Source of the DNA: Hyphochytrium catenoides
Taxonomy: Eukaryota > Protista > Hyphochytriomycota
Reading direction: 5' to 3'
Length of the DNA: 64,000 nucleotides
NCBI GenBank assembly: GCA_900088475.1
Contig: FLMG01003436.1
Span: forward strand, 84,539-148,538
Made by a program: the position numbers and the translations under genes. Shown in pieces: positions 54,245 to 64,000 of the stretch (positions within the stretch are counted from its first letter, which is position 1; every line of letters starts with the position of its first letter). The notes under the pieces were generated by a model, which made no database searches, was not told where the DNA came from, and worked only from the letters and a program-made list of their open reading frames with translations.

Positions 54245-55561
54245 ATGTCATCTACAGAAAATGATCCGGCCCGGTTGTTCCGTATTAGGAAGACGGTGAT
54301 GAAGATGCTCCGTAACAGGTCCGTGTTTGACGGAACATGGGTCCTACTCGAAGTCCTATACTAAATTGAGGATGCAGGGGCTACATTGTAAACGAGGAGG
54401 AGCTTACTATGCCAATTGATGGTTTCAAGGCCAAGTTTGGAGAATATCCTAATCGGGAACAGCTCGTCATGTTGGTAGGGAGTCGACTGCTACATTTACT
54501 CAGATCCACCTGCTTTCCCCCTCACCATCTCTTTGCCCTTCGTTAAGTGTGAGAAAATGGACGATCCCAGCGACACAATCTTTGTTTTCTTTCCTGAGGA
54601 CGCCAGAGTGGGCATGAAGCCCGTGCGCTCGTAAGACTTTCTCATAACCGCACTATGTTAGCTCACGAGCTCACTGTAAGGTGCTTCTCAGATACTGCAC
54701 GAGAATGTTAGAGGAGGGTGTGAAGCGTGCCATTATCGTAGTCAAGGAAGGTCTCACCCCAGTTGCCAAGCAGGTGAGCGTCAACTGCTAATGTTGATAA
54801 GCATGGGGCGCACACAGCAAGCTTTCTTACGACGGTCGACCTCTATTTTTGTCATTATCTTCTAGCTCCTTTGCTGTTTCAGTCTCACTGCGCTATTGCC
54901 CTTGCTGTAGTTCCTTCCCATGGAATCACAAATGACTCCAGTCGGTCTCCGATTCCATTCTTTTCTCTCTCCCGCCTTTGTCCTGCGCTAGCTGGTCTCT
55001 CCACACTCGCGCTTTGTCGTTTATTTTTTTTGTCCACTGGAGCTGCGCTAACGTTGCTGATGAAGGCTCTGAACGAAGTAGCCAACTCGTTCAAATTGGA
55101 GTACTTTACCGACTCTGAACTGCTGGTCGACATCACAGAGCACAACTTGGTACGGCTGTTGCTTAGTTCTGTCCTTTGCTCCTCTCTCCATCGCTGTCTC
55201 TCCCTTTATATATTCTATTGCTATTCTTTTTCCTTTGCTTGCGGCTCTCTAGAGCAAGTTCAACTTAGAGCTTTCTCGTTAGGTTCCAAAGCATGTCGTC
55301 TTAACGAAGGATGAGAAGCTAGCTTTACTTAAGCGGTATAAGCTGAAGGATTCCCAGCTCCCTCGAATGCAGCTGAGCGACCCCATATCTCGGTATTATG
55401 GTCTATCAAGGGGTCAGGTAAGGGCTGGCTGTTTTTATCTGCAATACTTCTCTGCCACCACACTGAACCCATGCTGTTTCCCGCCTCTAACTTAGGTGGT
55501 CAGAATCGTCCGTCCTAGTGAGACAGCCGGGCGTTATGTTACATATAGGATTGTGGTCTAA
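54245..55561 (+). CDS. RPB5: RNA polymerase I/II/III shared subunit RPABC1/RPB5, 7 exons
   Basis: [15 protein letters not shown]|[26 protein letters not shown]|[44 protein letters not shown]. Confidence 0.97.
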
Positions 55562-55620
55562 TACGTAAGTGTAAATAGAAAAAAGAATCTCCGTTCGAGC
55601 TACTGGCTGCCCCTGGAGCC

Positions 55621-57813
55621 TCATGGGCGGCGGATCCTGTCCCCCGGCACCTTCTGCTCCTTATCTCCATCTTCATACTCAATGTCGTAGGTCCCGTCCA
55701 CACGGCATCGAGTGATCTTACCCTTGTAGAACTTACTCCCGCCCTTAAACTGAGCCTCCACCTTTTCGCCTTCCTTAAAGCCCAATGGTGTTTCTTTCTT
55801 CTTCTTGGGTTCCTTTTCGTCCTCAGATCTCGAAGTCTTATCCCTCTGCTCAATCCTGATCTTCTCTAGTGGTACCTTCTGCTCCTTATCTCCATCTTCG
55901 TACTCTATGTCATAGGTCCCGTCCACACGGCATCGAGTGACCTTACCCTTGTAGAACTTACTCCCGCCCTTGAACTGAGCCTCCACCTTGTCTCCCTCTT
56001 CAAGACTTGGTTCTTTCTTGTGGTCCTTACGCTCGTCTTCATCCTCCGATGCTTTCTTCTTCTTCTTATCAGACTCGATCGGTCTGATCTTTTCTGCAGG
56101 TACCTTCTGTTCCTTATCTCCATCTTCGTACTCTATGTCGTAGGTCCCGTCGACTCGGCACCGAGTGATCTTTCCCTTGTAGAACTTACTCCCGCCCTTG
56201 AACTGAACCTCCACCTTGTCTCCCTCTTCAAGCTTTGGTTCTATCTTCTTCTTCGGCTCTTCTTCGTCCTCCGACGTGATCTTCTTTTTCTTGTCAACCT
56301 CGATGGATCTGATCTTCTCTGCTGGGACCTTCTGCTCCTTGTCTCCGTCTTCGTACTCAATGTCGTAGGTCCCATCCACACGGCACCGGATGATTTTTCC
56401 CTTGTAGAACTTACTCCCGCCTTTAAAGTGAGCCTCCACCTTATCTCCCTCTTCAAACTGTGATGTACCTTTCTTATCTTTTTTAGGATCGTCCTCCTCG
56501 ACCTTGGACTTCTTCTTTTCCTGCTCTAGCGGCCTAACTTTCCCTGCCGGCACCTTTTGCTCCTTGTCTCCATCTTCGTACTCAATGTCGTAGGTCCCGT
56601 CCACACGGCATCGAGTGATCTTTCCCTTGTAGAACTTACTCCCGCCTTTAAATTGAACCTCCACCTTGTCTCCCTCTTCAAGCTTTGGTTCTTTCTTCTT
56701 CTTCCTAGGCTCGTCTTCATCGCCCAATGTGATCTTACTCTTCTTGTCAACCTCAATGGATCTGATTTTTTCTGCCGGCACCTTCTGCTCCTTATCTCCG
56801 TCTTCGTACTCAATATCGTAGGTCCCGTCCACACGGCATCGAGTGATCTTGCCTTTGTAGAACTTACTCCCGCCCTTGAACTGAGCCTCCACCTTGTCTC
56901 CTTCTTCGAGCTTTGATGATGCTTTCTGATCTTTCTTAGGATCATCCACGTCGGACTCGGATTCCTTCTTCTCCTGCTCTAATGGCCTAACTTTCTCTGC
57001 GGCGACCTTCTGCTCCTTGTCTCCGTCTTCGTACTCGATGTCGTAGGTCCCGTCCACACGGCACCGAGTGATCTTTCCCTTGTAAAACTTACTCCCGCCC
57101 TTGAACTGAGCCTCCACCTTGTCTCCCTCTTCCAACTTTGATGCACCTTTCTTATCTTTCTTATGCGCGTCTTCGGACTTGGAATTTTTCTTCTCCTGCT
57201 CTAGTGGCCTGATTTTCTCAGCTGGGACCTTCTGCTCCTTATCTCCATCTTCGTACTCGATGTCGTAGGTTCCGTCCACACGGCACCGGATGACCTTTCC
57301 CTTGTAGAACTTACTCCCGCCCTTAAACTGAGCCTCCACCTTGTCTCCCTCTTCGAGCTTTAATGAGCCTTTCTTATCCTCCTTAGGATCGTCCTCCTCC
57401 ACCTTCGATCTTTTCTTCTCCTGTCCTAGTGGCCTAACTTTCGCTGCAGGCACCTTCTGCTCCTTGTCTCCGTCTTCGTACTCAATGTCGTAGGTCCCAT
57501 CCACGCGGCATCGAGTGATCTTTCCCTTGTAGAACTTACTCCCGCCCTTGAACTGAGCCTCCACCTTGTCTCCTTCTTCAAGCTTTGAGGAAGTTTTCTT
57601 ATCTTTCTTAGGCTCGTCGTCATCCTCTGATGTGCTTTTCTTCTTCTTCTTTGCCGGAAGCGGTCTAACCTTTTCTGCCGGCACCTTCTGCTCCTTATCT
57701 CCATCTTCGTACTCAATGTCATAGGTCCCGTCCACGCGGCATCGAGTGATCTTACCCTTGTAGAACTTACTCCCGCCCTTGAACTGAGCCTCCACCGTGT
57801 CACCCTCCTCTAG
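55621..57813 (-). repeat. Coding tandem array: 10 near-identical ~225-bp units, each a Tudor/Agenet-like domain plus Lys/Glu linker
   Basis: Unit LEEGDKVEAQFKGGSKFYKGKITRCRVDGTYDIEYEDGDKEQKVPAEKIR was counted 10 times in the ORF translation; three diverged copies precede it. Confidence 0.95.
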
Positions 57814-60800
57814 TCTCTTCCCTTGCTTCTTTCTGTCGTCGTCTTCCGTATCAACGTCCTTCTTCCTCACTGGGTGTACGAGGTCCGCAGCCACTTTCAG
57901 CTCCGTCTCTCCATCTTCAAACTCGACGTCGTAGGTTCCATTTGTACGGCACTTTATAACTTTCCCCTTCTGTCGCTTCTTAGATCCCTTTAGTTCCACT
58001 TCGACAGTATCCCCTTCCTCGTACCCTCTGTCCCTTCTCTCCTTTTCTCTTGTTTCCTCTTCAGTGTCTTCTGCCTCTCCTGCCCTTAACCGACTGCCAG
58101 GTATCTTCCTCTCTGTGTCGCCGTTATCCAGTTTGATATCATAAAAATCCTTGTCATGACAGCGAAGAATTCGGCCCTTGAGATACTTTGAAGACCCGCT
58201 GACCTGCGCTTCAATTTTCTGTCCATCTTTGAAAGCCTTCTTGCTTCTCTCTTTTTCATCATGAGAATTGGGCCCTGCGCGCTTTTTAGAGCCGCGCTTT
58301 GGGTCTTCTTTTCTCTTCGCGGAAGGAGAGTTGGAGGTATAAGGACTATTTCCTCTTGACTTCCTCTCTTTCGCTAGGAGAGACAGGAGCTCAATCGGAA
58401 CATCTTCTACGACTTTCCCTGAAGCCAGGGCGATGTCAAAGCATTGGTCGCCCGTCTCACGCAAGACTATCGCCTTCTTCTCTCTGTCTCCATTCCTTCT
58501 AAACCACACCCAAGAACCAAAGGTGACTTCTTCCGCTTGCCTCCTTCTTCCTCGTCCATCGTGTTCGTCTCTGCTAGAGGAGCGACGCCTTGTTCCTTTA
58601 TACGAGTGTCTTCGATGGCTCGGAGAGGAGGAACGGCTAGATGACGGAGAAGACTCTGGGCGACGCTTTCCTCCTCTCTTGTCCTTTCTGGTTCTCCTTT
58701 CAGACCTGTCTGACTCGGGGCTTGAACTCTTTCGTCGTCTTGAAGGCGATCGGTGATGTTGGTCCTTCTTCTTCATTCTCTTGTCGGCTCTTTCTTTGTG
58801 GGCGCTCCTAACTGCTCTCTCCATTCTAGCCGCCAACTCCTTCTTGAAAGTGGCCAGTGCTTCTTCTTTTCTTTGCACTTTAGCGGCCAAGACATCTTCC
58901 TCTGCTTTCCTCTTTGTCGCCTGTGGGCTAGTCTCTCGCCTTCTTGATCTCATTTTCTGTTGTTTCCCCTTGTATTGCGGTACATTCTTCTCTCTGACAA
59001 GCGGATCTTGGGGCTTCAGGGCCACGTAGGCAGTGAGGAACTGATAAAAATCAATCTCTCGAGCGCCCATAGAGATGTCTAGCGCTTTTAGGTAGCGAAC
59101 GATCTGCCAAGTGTGACAAGAGAGATAGGCAGAACGCCAGGACAAGAGCAAGATAGAGGGAATGAGAAGATTGTGATACGGAGACCCAGGTGAAAGAGTT
59201 AGAAGACTGAGAACGGAAGAGAGGGAGAGAGAGGGGGGGAGCGTAAAAGGAACCTGAGAAGCCAGAGTGAGGAGAGAAAGAGCAGAGTGGGAAGGCGAGA
59301 GCGAGAGAGAGCAAAAGAAGAGAGGAAGAGGAAGAAAGAGAGAGCGAGAGAGAGAAAGGAAACTAGGTAAGAGAGCGTAAGAAGCGAGAGGTTGGGGGAA
59401 AGGGCGGAGGGGGAGGAAGTAAGAGCGAGAAGTCCGACAGCGAAAGAGAGAAAAAGAGAAGGAGAGACATCGACAAGAGGAACAGGGAGAGGGAGAAGAA
59501 GGGGAGAAAAAGAGAAAAAGAGATTGCTTACCTGCGCGCGTGGCGCGACTGTGCCCAGCTCTGTGAGGGCCTGCACTAACTCCATCCCAGTAATCTTCTG
59601 GTCCTTCCCTTGCATGAAGCGGTCGAAGGCGACTCTGATCGTGATCAGCTGGGAGACAGAGAAGTTTAATCGCGTGGAACACCCCAGGCCCAAACAGGAA
59701 AGAGAATAAACTTCAATGGAAGTGCAGTGAGAGCAAGATTTAACATGACCGACTGAAGGGAGACCCTATGAGGAGAAACTCTATGAGGGGAGGGCTTGGA
59801 AGGACAGAGAGGAATGAAGTGAGCGAAGGCACTGAGGAAGGAATCTTCTGATCAGAGAGAGACAGAGCTATTCACCTCTTCTACGGAACGGAGGGACGAG
59901 GGGAACTCATCCTCATCCAGCTTTTTCAAGTGCGCTTCTGCTCGTTCTTCTGCTGTTCTTCTTCTCTTTTCTCTCTCTTCAGCCAGATAGCGCTCCCTCT
60001 TCCCCTGCTCTTCTTCTCTCCTTGGTCTCAATCGCACATGTCCTGACTGCTCAAGGAGTTCTATTCTCCTGCGGTGAGGAAGAGTCTCTCTCTCTATAAG
60101 CTTCATGATGACTCTCTCGGTCTCCATTTCCTTCCCGTCACCAGCCCCTTTCCTCGTCTTTTCTTCCTCTTTCCCTTCTAGTTGCTCGTAGCAAAAAAGT
60201 GCAAAGTCGGCCAAGGACAGCTTCTCAACGTTCTTGCTGAGCAGAGAACGACACCATTCGTCCACCTACAGGCAAGACAGAGACAGGGAGAGAGAGAGGG
60301 AATATAGGGGTTCATGAGATGATGGACAAGCCGCAGAGAAGTGAAGAAGGAGAGAAAGTGAAATTTGAAATAGAACAAAGAGAGAGGCAAGGAAGTGATC
60401 AGAAATATGCCCAACGGAGACACCAGTAGAAAGAGGCGAGAGATATTATATACGCGAAGGAGAGAGTCGTGTAAGAGTTAGCAGACAAAGAGAGGAGAAA
60501 GGAGGAGGAGAAGATAGACACAGAGAGAGAGGACAGACAGGCGAAGAGAAAAGACAGACAAAGAGAGACAAATCGACGAGGAGAGCGAGACAGGGAGAAA
60601 GAGAGGAACAGAAAGAGAAAGAGAGAGGACAAATGAAGAGAGCCAGACAATAGAAGAAAAAGATAGCAAGGTAGAGGACACTGCAAGAGAGTCGAGAAAG
60701 AGTCCGTAAGATTTATAAAAGAAAGCTTTCTTGTTACCTCCTTGTCCTCAATCATTGGGAGGAACTCCTTTAAACACCCTCGGACCTGAGGGAGAGAGAG

Positions 60801-61965
60801 ATAGCCATCCCCATCTTGATCCAGCTTCTGGAAGGCAGAAGAAAGAAGAGGAAGACGATGGTAGTTGTTGGCCTTCAGTCCATGAAGGATGAACTCAGAG
60901 AAGGTGACAGAGCCACTGCCATCCTGATCCCTGACAGCCATCCAGCGTTTCGCCTAAGGATGAACACCCAGACAGATAGACAGAGAGAAAGAAAGAAAGA
61001 GAGAGAGAGAGAGAGTGAGAGAGAGACCGAGGAGGAGTCGAGTTTCCAAGGGAAGAAAGGAGGACTGTGACTGGCAACACATTGGTGACGGTGGCGAAAG
61101 AGAAACGAGAAAGAAACAAGAGCGATGTCCGCACAGGAGACTATACGGGCGAGACAGAGAAGAGAAAGAGAGACAAGCGGTAGAGCCAGGACAAAAAGAG
61201 AAAAGAGCAAAACCGGCTTATAAAGAGTAAGCAAGAGCTTCACCTCTTCCTTCGGATCTGGCACTTGCAGAGCCCGGAGCAGGTTCTCAACTTCCTCAAG
61301 TGAATGCTTTCCATCTTTGTTGACGTCCACGCGGTCAAAGACCTCTCTCGCTCGCCCGAGATCGATAACCGGCCTGGAGAGAGACACAAGATGTAGGGAA
61401 GAGAGGAAGAAGCAGAAAGAACGAGAGATAGAGCCAAGGAGGGTAACAGTGAGAAAAAGAGACGGACAGACAGACAGACAGACGAGGGCGAGATAGAGAG
61501 GCAGAGCCATTGAAAGTAGGTGACCACGTAAAAGGAAGAAGTGGATAATAGAGAGAATAAAGACTTAGGCCGCAAGCTACTGAAGCTAGAGAAAGAGGAA
61601 AATATAGAGGCAACGCTGACATCCATTCCTACTTGCTCTGCTTGATAATCGCCCTCTTCAGCGCCAAATCTGAGAATCCTCTAGCGAAGTCAATGAAAGA
61701 GATCATCCCTTTTCCCTCGTTCTCTAGCTTCTGAAGCCATGTCGTGGCCTAGGAGCCGGTCGGATCGTCAGCGATGTGTTATTCTTGGCGTTCGTCCTGC
61801 TCCTCCACCATTTCTCTCTCCTCCGGGCCATTGGTCTCTCTCGATGTTCTGCTACTCTGAGAGTTCCGCTTGATCGCTCTCTCTTATGATCCTCCTCCCT
61901 TTGGAGGGCTCCCTTCTGTGTCTCTCTTTGTTCTCGTCCACTTCAGACTTTCGGTCTCCCTCTCC

Positions 61966-61999
<34 letters not shown>

Positions 62000-64000
62000 G
62001 CTAACATTAGACTCTTACTGGGTTACCTGGATGGAAGAAGCGTCACACCCCAACTGTGCAAACACTTTGCTGACGTCTTTGACAGTGATAGTACCCTGTC
62101 TCTGAGGATCAAACTTGTCGAACACTTCCTTCAGACGTGACACCAGCTATTGAGAGAGAGAAGAGCAAGGGATAAGATGGGGAAAGAATGGGTAAGAATC
62201 GGATTGCTGATGGGAGCGTGCGGCTTCAAAGGCACGCCTTTAGAGGAGTAATGGAATGAAAGAGGGGACAGGACGACAGACAGATATGAGAAAGCACCTC
62301 CACTCTGTCCCTATCCAGGATGGCAAGATAATCCTCCAGTTGCCCGCTGTCAATCCCATTAGTTAAGAGATCTATCAGAGTGAAGCGAGAAAAGTAAGGT
62401 TATGGACCGCGAGCGAGAGAGAGAGAGGGAGTATCACAGGGAAGAGGGAAGAGAGAGAAAGGATCACGTCCAAGCATGGGGCGGAAGTCTCTATGAGAAG
62501 GAACAAAAGGAGAGAAGAGGCCTGAAGGAGAGGGTAAGAACTCAAAAATCAAAAGTCTCTCAAGAGCAGAATCACGGTCCACTTCCGTTCTGACCTCTGT
62601 CTCTCAGAGCGTCAATGGCGCGTAGTATCTGTCGCCTATGAAGCGAGGCCTTGACTTTGAAGATCACACGAAGATCGTCCTCTTGCAACTGCAGGAGGAG
62701 CGCGCCGTCAATTGCTTGGTCCTCAAACCTTGACCGCAGCTCAGGAAACTTCAGTGTGACCCCAATCCAGTGGCCAACCTTAGGCAGAGGAGGAGAAAAG
62801 GGAATGAACAATAAGGGAGAAGAAGTTGAAGAGCTGCAGTTAGGTGCCTTTACATTGCCAGTCATGAGAAGAGAGATCAGTAGAGACAAACAAAGGCTAA
62901 GAGAGAGCGATGCTAGTCCGGATAGTAGGAGGACGCTACGGACGAGGCAGAGCTAATCTCGTCCTGCTTCCTAATCCCTTGTCCTAGCCTAAGAGATAGT
63001 GTGCTCTCTCCGTCCTCTCTTCTCAACTCCAACGCCCGTCCCGACCGTCCGTCTACCTCTGCAGTGGTCCAGTCATAGGGACTCTTCTCCATGTACTCAG
63101 GTGGAGCAGCGCCATCTTCATCGTAGCGTCTTGCTGCTGAGCCAGCAGAGTTCAAAGGCTTACTCTCCTTCTGCGCCACCTTCTGACCCAGAGACTCCTG
63201 GACTCTCTCGTTCACCATGTGCAAGGAAGGTGAGCCCAGCGTGCCTATAGAACGGGCAAGGGAGAGTCAACTCTTTGCTCAAACTTCTCATCGTCTCAAA
63301 TCTCTCTGTTTCTCTCTGTTACAACTCCGGTCTCTTTCCTCTTCCTTGGACCTCCTCTCTCTTCTTCACTGCACTCCGCAACTATGTCAATCTATTCACT
63401 AAGAGGGAGGGAGAGGATTCTCTCGTCGTCTCTCCTCTTTTGCAACTTGCCATCACCTTCTTTAGCCCTGGGAAACAAAGCGGAGGAGGATGAGACAATG
63501 TACTGCATGTCAGAGCGCACGAGGTACACGGGGTAATCGCCATAGCGAGAGAGAAACTCTCGACAGGACCCGCAGGGAACGAGGTTTAGCTCGTAGCTAT
63601 CGGAGCAGACAGCAAGCGCCTGTTAGAAGGTACGTGCGTGCGTGAGTGAGAGCGAGAGATAGAGGTAGATTTAGATAGAGAGACACACAGAGAAACTGGG
63701 AACGAAAGGATAGGGTCAAGGGGCCAAGAGAGGTGGGTTGTTAGGGAAGTGGGTTGAAGGAATGGATCAGAAGTCCAGAGCGAGAGAGACAGAAAGAGGA
63801 AGGAGGAGATGAGAGAGAGAAGGCGAGCGAAGGAGAGATACAGGGAGAGGGAGCGGGGAGAGGGAGCACATGGCTTGACCGGATGAGAAGAGAGACTAAA
63901 GAAAGGCGCAAAAAAAGAGAGATAAATATAGTTCAAAGCGCTTTCTACCTCGATTGTAGTCTGTCCCGCCCCAAGCGCCGCCAAAACGGCTCCTTTTTCT
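55621..64000 (-). CDS. Giant multidomain protein: coiled coil - SAM domain - multiple EF-hands - basic/RS-like low complexity - 13 Tudor/SH3-like repeats; 5' end probably at or beyond window edge
   Basis: SAM: YDWTTAE|VGHWIGVTLKFPELRSRFEDQAIDGALLLQLQEDDL..HRRQILRAI. EF-hands: DPQRQGTITVKD, DVNKDGKHSLEE, DQDGSGSVTFSE, DQDGDGYLSLPQ. A terminal exon of about 3.5 kb carries the repeats. Confidence 0.82.
59110..64000. repeat. GA-rich (CT-rich on the transcribed strand) low-complexity introns with (GA)n and (GACA)n microsatellites
   Basis: For example gagagagagagagag near 61000, cagacagacagaca near 61470 and tctctctctc near 61970. Confidence 0.8.

Noticed and set aside
3667-55561. Apparent cluster of gene-expression genes (REXO4, RPL30, IMP3, THG1, WDR82, RPS11, RPB5)
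   Set aside because: These are abundant housekeeping classes interspersed with unrelated genes, and there is no evidence of operon-like organisation.
55621-57813. Regularly spaced repeats with variable spacers resembling a CRISPR-like array
   Set aside because: The units are ~150-bp protein-coding domains with coding linkers in one open frame, with variation at synonymous sites, in a eukaryotic gene.
59105-59682. N-terminal ~190 aa of the 1353-aa ORF (Leu/Ser-rich, apparently hydrophobic)
   Set aside because: This is read-through of a CT-rich intron. The real terminal exon starts near IVRYLKAL (about 59103), and the preceding exon is in another frame.

Overview
Compact, intron-rich eukaryotic genomic DNA (standard code, short GT-AG introns, three N-gaps), probably from a stramenopile or similar alga/protist; the taxon is inferred from gene content. 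About 20 spliced protein-coding genes were reconstructed by hand. In order: malate synthase G-type (3' part), ankyrin protein, REXO4, RPL30, a large uncharacterised protein, IMP3, a MYND-finger protein, a TSET/TPLATE TTRAY (TWD40)-like coat scaffold, an unknown charged protein, an LPA1-like P-loop kinase, a PhoD phosphatase, a CblC(MMACHC)-asparagine-synthase-like fusion, THG1, GPI8/PIG-K, WDR82/SWD2, RPS11, UNC-50, RPB5, and a giant SAM + EF-hand + tandem Tudor-like protein running off the right edge. The standout is an in-frame spliced fusion of a vitamin B12-processing CblC domain to a glutaminase-less asparagine-synthase-type adenylating domain with a C-terminal Zn ribbon (38681-42826), a candidate corrinoid-modifying or repair enzyme. 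No tRNA, rRNA, CRISPR array or intact transposon was recognised. Family assignments rest on recalled motifs, not database searches.
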